From positions 3,534,001 to 3,598,000 of the forward strand of contig CM035359.1 of assembly GCA_020137815.1 (NCBI GenBank): 64,000 bases of DNA. The letters are read 5' to 3'. This stretch comes from Hormiphora californensis (Eukaryota > Animalia > Ctenophora). The position numbers and the translations under genes are program-made. Shown piece after piece: positions 12,801 to 27,000 of the stretch (positions within the stretch are counted from its first letter, which is position 1; every line of letters begins with the position of its first letter). Below the pieces are notes generated by a model. That model was not told the origin of the DNA and did no database searches. It was given only the letters and a program-made list of their open reading frames with translations.

Positions 12801-14780
12801 TATTTTTGAGATGACAATTCATTCAGTGATTTAGTAGAGGACCAACGCGGGGGACCTATTTTTTTGACAGCATTCTTTACTCTTGACACCCCCCACCCTG
12901 TTGGCGAGGAGATATCCCAGCTACCTAGGTCCTAGTACCTAGAGAAAACTGTTGCCTTAGTTTATATTCAACCCTACTACCTACCCTATCAGCACTTTTC
13001 TCCGGTGTAATGGTAGTAACAGCTGAGGATGCCATAGTTTTACCGAGGGTTATGGTAGCAAAGCAGTTGTCACACCCGTTAGAGGTTACAAACTCGTTAC
13101 AAGTGCTACACAGTGAGCCACCTGAGATAGAGGGGTGTGGTTAATGGGGTGGTTATGGGTTGGTTAACGGGGTGGTTATTGGTTTGAGGTTACAAACTGT
13201 GTGCTACACAATGAGCCACCTGAGATGGAGGGGTGTGGTTACAGGTGGTTACAGGGTGGTTATGGGTTGGTTATTGTCTTTATAACTAACAGCTAACCGC
13301 CACTTCTCGTTAAGATGGTATCGGCAAAGGGGTGTTTTTTAGACGAAGGGGTCCGACCAACACCTCGTGAGGTCACCATGATGAACGATGAAAGCTAATC
13401 ATACTATTATTAAAGCAAATAGGGAAATGATGGGTGATGGTTTTTTTACCAAATATGGCACAAAATTCCTGGAAATGGCCTTTTGCACGTGTTGTCCCTA
13501 GAGGGACCCTGGCAACCTGCCAGCTTGAGCCTTAAACTGCACGTGCATCCTTGATTCATCTGTCTGCCGGTTGTGTGATTGATCGTTTGCTCGATTTGAT
13601 CTGTTCACCCCCTGTTCACCACGTTTCGTGAACATGACTACTCAACTTCAACACAATCGCCAGCGAGTTTGGAGGAGCCATATGTCCCAAACTGGCGCTG
13701 ACGCCTATAGACTACGTGATAGAATCCTACAAAACTCAAAAGAGGTGATTATTATTCAAAAAATGTTGTCAACACACGTAATGACAAAGTATCAATGGCA
13801 CTAATAAGAAATGGCAGTAATACGTGAAAGTATTTTGCAAATGTGCTCCTTCATAAAATACTTCAGGACCTGGCAAAAGAGGACCCGTGGTTTTTCTGTC
13901 GAAAGAATCGCTGTGGTTAATTTACCTGATAAATTTACTGATTTAAAAAATTTCAAATGATACTACACTATTTGCTTAGTTTACTGTATGACCATTGACC
14001 ATCCCCGACATTCGCCCGTAGGGCGAGCGGGCTTACTAGTACATACAATATAAAGACACATTGTTCACTCACCAGTAACTCGGCAGGAGTAATCACTGTA
14101 ATCACTATCTCGTATAAGGGCCACATTCAGCTGAGTCCCCTTGTTCCCCACCCTGTACCGGGCATCCGATATATCGGACAACTTCGTGGAACCCTGGAGA
14201 GAGAAAAACATGTGTAAATATAGAATTTATTGACTTTTGAGCACGAAATTTTACTCAAAATGGGTGTTAAGCAGTGCAACTTGGTTCATCAGGCCCTTCA
14301 AACACACACCTTGCTCGACCCTCACTGCATTTGCAAATGTAAAGGAGGGTTAAGAATTGCCTAGCTAGACTGTGTTTCGCGTAAAGGAGGGTTAGAAAAT
14401 AACAAGTTAAGAACGTAACAACTTCAAACATACCTTGTACCATGATATCTCTTTGAGGGTGGGGTACTTTGTGCTTTCAATGTTAACTGATAGGGTAGCC
14501 CAACCACCCGGGTACGCCAGAACTTCAGCCTGGGCTGCCTCAACCTTTGTACCTGTCCCATCTGAAATAACGCAGGGTTGAGGGTTAGGAACGAACATCA
14601 CTATACTCACTGAGTTACTCAGGGCAGTAGGGATTTGAAATATGGAACTGAGATTTAGAAATAGTCACTATTTCTAGATCCGGTAACCGTGACCGTAGCC
14701 GCAGCTAGTTACACCTAATTCTCACCTGTTGGTGATGGTAAAAGACATACCACTAACACCACCCACCATTTTTGTACCAT
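5081..14780 (-). CDS. Multi-Ig-domain protein, downstream part (short isoform or second tandem gene) starting with a signal peptide; about 10 Ig-like domains; next exon not found in the window
   Basis: Exons 14726-14780 (MVQKWWVVLVVCLLPSPT), 14434-14561, 14073-14193, 12985-13121, 12560-12665, 12190-12318, 11756-11981, 9219-9382, 8982-9125, 8600-8752, 8357-8472, 8093-8213, 7764-7911, 7364-7474, 6848-7037, 6465-6678, 6176-6288, 5936-6034, 5651-5787, 5388-5486, 5081-5204. All are GT-AG and phase-compatible. Motifs include VTFSCQVQ...YKWSKN, VICEITGVPSP...DTADYVC and NDTGLYKC. Confidence 0.9.
7064..7172. mobile_element. hAT-type MITE (about 109 bp)
   Basis: TIR CAGGAACCGACCG/CGGTCGGTTCCTG; perfect 8-bp TSD GTTGGGAA. 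Confidence 0.9.
9540..11743. mobile_element. Foldback non-autonomous DNA transposon (2204 bp, 8-bp TSD)
   Basis: GGTAGTATGAAAGATTAGGTCG...CGACCTAATCTTTCATACTACC, with TIRs of about 300 bp and TSD ATCTGATC. The interior is an 11-bp TGGCGCCA-type array that inverts near 10800. Confidence 0.92.
14010..14040 (+). mobile_element. Helitron-like 3' terminus (second family)
   Basis: TTCGCCCGTAGGGCGAGCGGGCTTACTAG-T; a reverse-strand copy is at about 46758-46790. Confidence 0.55.
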
Positions 14781-15103
14781 GTTCTACACGACCTTCCTCT
14801 CTGATAATCACTTTAAACCATATGCATGTTCCCTTTAGAATATTTTAGGAATTGTAAAAACTTGAAAATGGGCGGCAAAGTACGTTCAGAATTGAATATC
14901 AAGCTTATATATTGAGACTAGGTCAACTGATAAAAGAACGTGTGAAAGTACGTGTAAAAGTTCCAGAAGAATTAACAAGTACCGGGACATGCTGGGTGTG
15001 TGTGTGTGTGTTTATGTTAGGCTACATATATACGTGACTGAGGGAGAGAGAAAAGTAAACACAAGCCGCATGTACGTGGGAAATAGGTTTTATAGGCTAA
15101 CAT

Positions 15104-15208
15104 CAGGAACCGACCGGACCAAGTAAACAACCAGAACTCGTTATTTAGGTCACGTGACTGGTTATCAGCCAATCAGGGACCAGTATTTCCTGATTCGGTC
15201 GGTTCCTG
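15104..15208. mobile_element. hAT-type MITE, same family
   Basis: Same TIRs; 8-bp TSD GCTAACAT. Confidence 0.9.
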
Positions 15209-16955
15209 GCTAACATAAAACTACACATGCAGTGTTGTACGTTATAATAGCTTCGGCTGACCACAAGACAAGGGAAGACGTACATCTAGTCGAGTGGAGG
15301 ATAAAATTCCCCGATATAAGAAATTTACGGTATTTGGTCCCGATTTACCGGGCAAACCCCTTTCTCCCGAGCACCCCGGTAAATCGGGGGCCGACTGTAC
15401 AATTAGGCAAAATTATGAACTATATGAAGAAGGGACAAACAGTGATAACAGGTTCAACGTAGGGTGACTTTGAACCCTAAAAAGGTTGAAGAAAAGTTGT
15501 AAAAAAGATCAAGAGGTCTGAGGAAGCATTAAAATACAAGCTTAGAACCAAGAAACGATGGAAGCACACAAATCAGAGAGGTATCACATCACACTAGAAC
15601 AGAGAGAGAAAAGGACAGCTTACTAGAGTAAGTACAAATGGAACGCTGAAAAATTTCACTTCCTAATATCGTGCATGACCTCTCCCTCTCTTTCCCTCTC
15701 TTTCTCTCTCTCTCCCCAAGGCCAGGGTCCAGGGGGGCTTAAATAAATACATACTTCTGCCACAAACAACTTTACACCACCGCAGCTAATTCCACCACCA
15801 GCTGTATAGTAGCTGCAGCCTGCGGTAGAAATATCCAAGAATAGTATCGGTCATGTGGGGCATAGCTAAGCGATCTCAATACACAACACAAACATAAACT
15901 GACTTAATCTCTCCCTCACCACACGCCCTATTGAGTGATTGTAAACAAAACTGTGACGTAGAGAGAGAGGGGAAGCGAGAGATAAAGAGATAGTGAGAGA
16001 GAGAGAGGTCAGAGAAGCATCAGAAGACCTGACTGGGACATGGAGCGCAAAACAGACAGGAGCAGCTGATGATATGCTTGACAGGAGCGATGAACCTCGT
16101 ACTTGGTATAAAGCCTCGAAAACAAAGAAATAGATCAAACTCAGGAAACTAAATCCGGCATCAAGAAAAACAAAGTAAAATCAACAATGTACAGCTATAC
16201 ATAATACAAGGCCTTCTTGTTACTTGTATACATCACATGACTGCCATGTCACACACAATCTCACTTTTCAGAGAGATAGAGAGATCACTGTGCCAGACCA
16301 CTTAGCATGGACCACCGTTATATGACCTCATGGCCACACACATTCAACATTCGACCCCCCTCAAACTCGCTCTAAATCTCTCAAGTTACAAGTGTACACA
16401 CTCTCCAATCTCCGTCCCTGCACCTGGAGTTGGTGACTGTTAATTGAACACACTACTGTACACCACACGATGTGAAATTAGATCCACTAAATCATGAGAT
16501 GGGAAATTGGATCCGCGTCTTGATGGGAAAACAAGATGATACCGAGTCTGATGACTATGACATAAACAAAACCATATTGTTGCCATGGCAACCACATCTC
16601 ATATCACAGGAAATGTTCATTATTTGGAGGAAATGCCGTCTTATTACAAACCAAACAAGAACAATCATGTACCATCAAGGATCTTTCCTGTATGATATTT
16701 GACAGGAGTCAGATATCAAACAGAAAGGGTAATGAAAGCAGAAATTAGTATAAAACAAGTAAGCTACACTACTGTACAATTGTGGGTGTTTGCGTGTAAT
16801 GAGTGACCAATGATTCGATGAGGAGAGGGAGAGAGAGGGATGGTATCCAATAGATCACTAGAACGCTATATAATTTCTATACATTGCTAGCGTACACGTT
16901 TAGCACGGAGAGTTATAGAGAGAAAGAGACGTGAACAGAGTACAATATGGAACAG

Positions 16956-17968
16956 GGGGTCTTTTCTGAACTTTCTTCTTAGGAAGATTCTTAACTTTCT
17001 TCTTTATAAGAAGGTTTCGCTAAGAACGTTTCCGAAAATACAGATGAGAGTAATATACAATCTTCTTAGCGATTTTGTTGTTTCTGAACCTATAGTTAGG
17101 AAGAAAACTCACGCTCCAAATTGGTGTCATGTGACAGTTCACAACCAATGGGGTACTAAGATTCGAATGGCGATAACCAATAGCAATCGAGCAAACATGG
17201 GGTTTAAATCGAGGTGTGAATTAGCTGGTACACACAATATTGGATCTATGTAGGGCGTGGGCCACAGCCTAATATGCATTATGTAATTGGATATGGCTCC
17301 GGTGTCAAATCGTTCCCATCCATTTCGAACAGTTTAAAAATCTAAAGGAGATGGAATTTTGCATTTTTTGGATGATAGAGGTACATATTATAATTAGAGG
17401 TACAACATGTTCATTTTATGATTTCTTCCTTTTCATTTGCATATACATATTTATCGTTCTATGATGCTTTAGAGTCACAGCAAGACCCATAATTTTCAAT
17501 TTTCAAAATTAATACAAGAAATACCGACTACCAACCGATTTAAATATAACTCTATTGGACGTAGCGTCAACATAAAATGGTTGTATGTTCATGTTTGCTT
17601 GAAAAAATTCATCATTTTTATGATATCAGCTCTAAAAATGGCCCAAAATACATGTCAAACAGAGCAAGAATCTTCCTAAGCTGCACTAAGTAAGGTTCGG
17701 AGCTGTCCTAACTTTTCTTGCTACTTAGGAAGAAAAAAAGAGAGCTAAGAACATTCTTAGGCCGCTAAGAAAAAAATTTCAAGGACTCACGCAGTTTTAA
17801 TTCAATTATAGGGGACTTAGGAAGATAATTTAGGAAAATTCTTAACGCTAAAAAAATCTTCCTAAGTGCCATGTTCGGAAACAACAATCTTCTTAACTCT
17901 CTAACTTTCTTCCTAAAACGTCCAAAAAGTTCCTAAGAATCTTCATAAACCTGTTCAGAAAAGACCCC
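16956..17968. mobile_element. PIF/Harbinger-like non-autonomous element
   Basis: TIR GGGGTCTTTTCTGAAC/GTTCAGAAAAGACCCC flanked by CAG on both sides (CWG-type 3-bp TSD). Confidence 0.75.
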
Positions 17969-18617
17969 CAGAGTACAATATGGAACAGAGTACACAGAAG
18001 AAGAAGGGATGAAGTGAGACAGAGGATGAAGTGAGACAGAGGATGAAGTGAGACAGAGGATGAAGTGAGAGAGGATGAAGTGAGAGAAGAGAGAGAAAGA
18101 GGGGAGGGAGTTCGATCTATGAACAAGCAATTTAGAGGCCACGTCGCTGGCATATTGTACACAAAAGAGAGAGAGGGCGGGGTAGATCCTAATGGTACAC
18201 GTACACTATGCTTCTCCCAGTTGTACTGTACAACTGAGAGTAACATGGCCAATGCAGCTACCAGCTGCAGTTATACCAAAAACAGGGGTGCGATAGTATC
18301 AAAAAAGATAGTCGCTCCCCCAATTCCCAGTTCTTTCTCAACCATTTATCCCTTTCTTCCCCCATCCCCACTCGCAGCGGGTGACCCGCTAAGAATTCAA
18401 ACTGCTGGAAGATTGCCAATAGAACGCGAGCACAGAACTGGGGTTCAATTAAAGAGTAAAAACTGTACGGCCAATGCTATGACAGAGTAAAAATAGACAG
18501 CTGGGATGTTAACCGTGAAAAAAGGGACAACAAGGGGTATAACAAAGCGTGTATAAATTGTATAGAGGGAAAGTGAGCGTAGCAGGGAATCAGAAGGTAG
18601 GTACATAACAAGCAAAA

Positions 18618-20170
<1,553 letters not shown>

Positions 20171-21040
20171 ACAAGTGACGTAGTATGTTGCTTGGGGAGG
20201 GATGAGGAAGTGGAGTGAGATCACGTGAGACCCGTTACCATGGACACGTGATCTAAATCCTGCTCTGTGATTGGCTGAAAACTAGCAACGTGACACATGA
20301 AACAATTAGGGTCCCCCGGCTAGCACCCCTTCCTTTGAGCGGGGGGAGAAAATATGCCTGTTCAGTGTAACTGTCAATTAACTATGCTAATTGGCAAACT
20401 AATTAAGGCATGTGATTATAACTAGGGTAAAGGGAAGCTAAACAAACATACAGAGCTGTGCCATCTTGGAATAGCTGGACCACAATGAGAATTTGAGTGG
20501 CAGTGAAATGTTCACAATGATCGGTAAATCTAACTTTAACCAAATACCAGATACTAAATATTAAATAGCATATATGTTTTCATTACACTTTTGAATACCA
20601 AACAAATGGGGGATGTGGGAATATGGACAGTAACAAGCGAGTGCCAAGGGAGGAGTACCTAGGTATTATGATTAGTATGATTATGAAAAAGAGAGGGAAT
20701 CTGAGTGGAGCGATTGCGCTCATATTTCAATCGTGTGTAATAGAATTACACGGAGAAGCTGGAGAGAGGACGAGAACAAAGAATCAAAATCTCTCAGCTC
20801 TCTCCCTCTCCTTCTGCCCTTTCTCTCTCCTTCTTCTACCCCTCCCAAACACCATATTATAGTAGTGGTGTTTTGACCCACACATCCAGGATTTGCCCCT
20901 GCCCAGTTCCCAACCAATTCATTCCACCCACTACCCAGTCCATCCTATCACCTCACTACTCTCTGACCATATATGGGTATGTGATGACGTTATATGCCCA
21001 AATGTGGAGTGTTTCACCACTTACCACCACTCATACTTAC

Positions 21041-24000
21041 CATAGTATTTGAGCTGAATGAAGGTAGATCTGGTTAAGGAATCAAATTTGACTACCACCA
21101 TATACTGTCCCAGATCAGCAGCTGTCGCCTGGAAGGATGACACATTGATTTTCACCTATCATAATCTCTGATGCTAGTCAAAGGTGCTCGAAAAGATTGA
21201 AATGTCTCAAATGTCTCAACGTCTCAAAAAACAAAAATTTCCGTGAATTAACTACTTCTTCCCGTTACATTCTGATATTAATTGACGTACCAATTTCCTG
21301 ATTACAATTGCACCCCTTCCTTACCGGTTGCAGTATGAGCTGTGTTCGCCATGTATTAAAGAGTATCCTCTCATTATCGTGTTGAACAGAATCTCCCTTT
21401 AGATACCACTCAATCTCACCCATCACGTAGGCATCACTCTGAAAAACACAGTGGTTACCATGGTAAGAAGGAGTTCACTCTGTAAAACACAGTGGTTACC
21501 ATGGTAAGAAGGAGTTCGTTAATTTTAGGAAATACAACGAGATATCACAAGAACTTTTTAGAATTATTGCCACTCAGATCTTTTTACCGGTGTTATGCTG
21601 ACTTCTATAACTGTCTGACTGTTGTCCAATCTTGTATACACTGTGCTTCGTACAGGAACAATTGCCAGTCGCTCTGGAAGTCATAATTTAATGCTAGTTA
21701 ATCACCAGCATGTGTTTGGATTGATGTATCGCAGTTTTAGAGAGAGATGCTGGTTCATCGACAATAGTTTGACTAAAACATCTTGATCTACCGAACCCTG
21801 ATCACAGAGCGTGCTCGCTCTTTTGAAATGATGATGTGACCCACACACAAAATATCTTACCAGTGACTGTGAGCCACACAAAATATCTTACCAGTGACTG
21901 TGAGCAGGTTAGCGTTGGACACGTACACAGTATTCTTGATACGACACCGGTAATAACCAGAGTCACTGAAGAGGGATGGAGGGAGAGGTTGTTTTTCACA
22001 CTATGTCACTACTTTTCCCTTTTTAAAAATAAATTTCGTGTCCTCCCCACGCTGCTACTACTTGTCTACTATGTTTTTGTCGTCATACCTTTTTCGAGTA
22101 TCGGTAATACGAAGAGTTTTCCTGTCTGTCGTTAGGGAAACACGTCCCCCAATAGAAACTTCAATACCATCCCGCTCCCAGAGAATAGAGTAGAGGGAGG
22201 GCGTTGGGAGGATGTTTATTATCACCTGGAAGGGATTAGGGATTATGACGTCACACCACCATGGGGATATGTAACCATGGAAACACAACTCTCTTGTAAC
22301 CATGGCAACACAACTCTCTTGTAACCATGGCAACACAACTCTCTTGTCCACATTGTGCTGGATGATACAGGAATTGTCAGACACCCTCATAATAACTCAT
22401 CAAACTACCTCAAAAGTAGCAGTTTGTCCCTCCTTCAGTAATAAATCACTTGTCAGGAGCTGGATGGAGTTCCTGTCCAGGATTTCTAGCTCTATCTCCG
22501 AGTAGGATGTGGTGCCTATAAAAATAGAGATGGTATACACTATAATACAGTCGGACCCCGAATTACCGGTATGCTCAGGAAAAGAGTTTTGCCCAGTAAA
22601 TCGCGGTCCGGTAAATCGGGGTCCGGAGAGGACAGTCTTATATATGGGACAAATATAAGGGCATTATACCTACATAGTGTCCTATATTACTAACCCTGGT
22701 ATGTCAGCTAGTACTAACCCTGATATGCGACAGTGATGGTATAGGTAGTGGCATCATTCAGGTAGAGGTTGCCGCAGGTCAGAGTAGATCGGTAGGGAGA
22801 GGTGAAGAATCCAACTGAGAACCGGGATGTGTCAACTTGTTGTCCGCCTGGAGGTGGACGGTGAGGTTGAGGAGAAGGTTGAGTACGGTGTTCCTAGTTC
22901 CCCCTCACGAAAACATGAGAGGACGGCGCAGGTGGGAGAAAAAAAAGGGATTACGTACGATAATGCCTACGGTCAATAATGACTACAGGGGTTAAGAGCA
23001 TAGATAATTGGGTGTAAGCAAAAGCGTCAAAACAGCAATAATGCCTACAATGGCAATAATGCCTACAATAAAGTACGATAATGCCTACGGGCAATAATGC
23101 CTACAGCATAGATAATTTGGTGTAGGCAAAAGCGTCAAAATTACTGCTGATATGGCAATAATGCCTACAGGGGGTGATTGGGGTGATCGGGCGTCAAAAC
23201 ATCAGATCCCGATTAGTAACGACTAACGCGACGTAACCCTGAGGAGACAATACGGGATAAGAACCATGTGATTCGGGGAAGCTTATTATCAGTAGGAGAC
23301 GACACGAGATATGGAACATATGATTCGGGGAAGCCAATCAGGAGTGTTAAACGATATGAGACACGATTCGGGGAAGGTTTCTATCGCATTCTATCCCTAT
23401 GACCGGTGACCATGCCCCCTCTCTGTGTCGCTCTATCTCCTTTCCTCTCACTTTCTCTGAGGGAGAATGAGAAATATGGAGAAAGAAAGATACCCATAAC
23501 TTTTTTACCGAGACAGAAAGACAGTTGAGCTCCGTTGGAATGGGTTTCGCCGCTTTCCCAGCAGGTAGATGTAGGCGGCTCTCGGTCGTTTCTTGCAGGT
23601 TGGCGGTCTAGGTAGAGAAACCGGATTGGAAGGAGGCTAGGTGGCGGCATTGAAGGACTAGTGCCTAGTCATTTTGCATGGCTAAACAGTGTCTTTTATC
23701 TCTCGGTAAAAAGTAATGGGTATATATCTCTTACTCGATGTCCCTCTTTCTCCCTCGGAGAAAGTGAGTGAGAAAGAGAGAGAGAGGGAGACAGAGCGAC
23801 CCCGAGTGGGGACAGGGATGGAAAGCGATAGAAACCTTCCCCGAATCGTGTCTCATATTGTCTAACACTCCTGGTTGGCTTCCCCGAATCATGTTCCATA
23901 TCTCGTATCGTCTCCTACTGCTAATAAGCTTCCCCGAGGGCGGCACCAATACGATAAAAGAGCGAGATATGGCTCGTTAGTTATTGGAGTAAACCGATTG

Positions 24001-27000
24001 ACATGAGAGCTCCTCTAATCGGTAACACGGCGTCATACACATTTTTATTTGGAATTTATATCTGGGATTTCTATTTGGAATTTCTATCTGGAAGAACCGC
24101 ACGTGCAGATGCGCCGCGCCGCGGCTCAAATTCACGTGCGAGATTAAAGAGAGAGACGCACATTAACGTTGTACGTTTGTCTCTCACTCTCTCTTGAAAA
24201 CCCGCACGTGCAGATGCGCCGCGCCGCGGCTCAAATTCACGTGCGTGTTATACAGATTCTGACAGAAAATACGAGCACAAAATTCCATATAAAAATGTGT
24301 ATGACGGACTGTTAGGCTTAAGCTCTCATGTCTCATGTCGGATTGGATACGTGATATGTGATATATCGAGATATCCTTAGCGAGTTGTCAACTGCAATGC
24401 AATAATGCCTACACTCTGAGGTGGAGGGTAGGCAAAACTGCTTGTAGGCATTATTGTCAACATCAGTGGTAAAATCGCAGTTTTGCCTACATCGTAGGTA
24501 TTATGTACCGTAGGCAAAACTGCGGTTTACCCCCCTGGTGTTGACGATAATGCCTACAAGCAGTTTTGCCTACCCTCCACCTCTAATTAGGTGTTTTAGG
24601 GTGTAGGCATTATTGACCGTAGGCATTATTGTATGCTACCAAAAAAGGGGATACCATACCCAATACAAAGGAGATTGTGGATGGGGAGATTCTGGATTTT
24701 AGAGACATGGGAGGGGTTGAGAAACGTGAGAGGTTGAATGATGGGACTGACCTCCTCAGGAGCGGGATGAAGTTTGAATCACATAGTACATGTTACTGCA
24801 CTACTGCTAGTGCACTCACCTCTGGTTGAAAGGGATAACAATATGGTATGAAGTTTGAAAGGGATATCAATTAACATGGTATGTATTGGTATTGCTGCTA
24901 CACTCACCTCTGGTCCAAGTAATGTCTCCACTGCTCAGGTAGGCAGGTCCAGTAATTGTAACACCTATCTGCACCCCACCACCTACCTCTCCAGAGTATC
25001 TCGTCTGGTCTAGAGAGAGGGAAAGAAAAGATTAGGAGATATGTTAGATCAGCTTGGAGTGGGATTAGGGCATATATAAAATTCAGAGACAGAAAGAACG
25101 AACATGATTTGAAGAGTTTTAACACTCACCAGAACAGAAAACAGAGAAAGAATTAACACACAGTACACACCTGGTTGTAGGAAGACCTGTGCCCCGGTAA
25201 CAGACAAAATGACATCACCCGCAGCCCGGACACCATCCTGTCGGGTGACGTGACACCTGTACACACCACCATCACCACCAGAAATGGAGGATAATACCAA
25301 CTGGAGAAGGGGAGGATGTTAGGGCAATTTCTGATTTGCCGCATACGGCGTCTAGACGGCGTCTAGACGGTATACCGTCTGGACGGGTTTCGGTGAAATC
25401 AGCTAAAAACGGTACCGAAATTGCTTGAGACGGGTTATAGACGGTATCAGACGGTCTCTAGACGGGTTATAGACGGTATCAGACGGTGTTGCGACGGTAT
25501 CAGACGGTTTCTAGACGGTGTCTAGACGGTACCGTCCCGGCGTCTGGACGGCGTCTAGACGGTATCCGTCCGAAGTTGAGACGGCACGTCTGAAAATTGT
25601 ACCAGACGTTGAGACGGACTTTTAGAACTCCGTCTGTATTTCAGACGGAATTTTAAAAGTACGTCTCAACGCAGTCTAAAGGAAAATCGATGAAAGTACC
25701 GTCTAGACAACGTCTCAACTGAAACCGGTCAACATACCGTCTAAACAACGTCTAGACAACGTCTAAACAGAATCTCGCGATTCAGTTTCAAATACCGTCT
25801 AGACAACTTCTCCAGCAAATCCGATACAGATACCGTCTAAACAACGTCTCATAACCGACACTATCTATCACTGATAGTATCAGCCATAGACAGTATATTT
25901 GAAGTTGGGTACGAAAATTACCGGGAGGATAACCCCTTTCCCGTCCCCGAGCATCGCGGTACGACTGTGCTGGTTAAACACATGTGTAATTTTCATTCAA
26001 TAGGCACACATCTACCACTAATTCCAACTGGCATGGGTAATCCAGAATGGTCTTCGAAAACGGTCGAGTCTAGACATCATTATTTGAGACGTTGTCTAGA
26101 CGTTGTTTAGACGGTATTCGTATCGAAATTGCTGGAGAAGTTGTCTAGACGGTATTTGAAACTGAATCGCGAGATTCTGTTTAGACGTTGTCTAGACGTT
26201 GTTTAGACGGTATGTTGACCGGTTTCAGTTGAGACGTTGTCTAGACGGTACTTTCATCGATTTTCCTTTAGACTGCGTTGAGACGTACTTTTAAAACTCC
26301 GTCTGAAATACAGACGGAGTTCTAAAAGTCCGTCTCAACGTCTGGTACAATTTTCAGACGTGCCGTCTCAACTTCGGACGGATACCGTCTAGACGCCGTC
26401 CAGACGCCGTCCAGACGCCGTCCAGACGCCGGGACGGTACCGTCTAGACACCGTCTAGAGACCGTCTGATACCGTCGCAACACCGTCTGATACCGTCTAT
26501 AACCCGTCTCAAGCAATTTCGGTACCGTTTTTAGCTGATTTCACCGAAACCCGTCCAGACGGTATACCGTCTAGACGCCGTCTAGACGGCGTTGCGACGC
26601 CGTCTAGACGCCGTTTGCGGCAAATCAGAAATTACCGGATGTTAGAACATGTTAGAACATATTATACCAACTGGATGAATTCGTAGAACATTGAAGCATG
26701 GCTACTACCCGTTACACCTCCCTCTCCCACACAGTTTCTTAATTTCTAACCATTGTTTTATAGTTGTAGTAAGACACCCTGTTTGATGTCAACTCAGCAC
26801 AATCGGCAGTGTTGCTCGCATCACACTTATCCCACTGTACTGTTAGAGTGGACAGGAGAGAGGGTGATACTTCGACTGATAGAGTTGCAGTGCTACCTGG
26901 GGGTGGGTTTAGTTGAGGACATGTTTTGTGCCGGTCTGATCAACCTGGGGGTGGGTTTAGTTGAGGACATGTTTTGTGCCGGTCTGATCAACCTGGTGGT

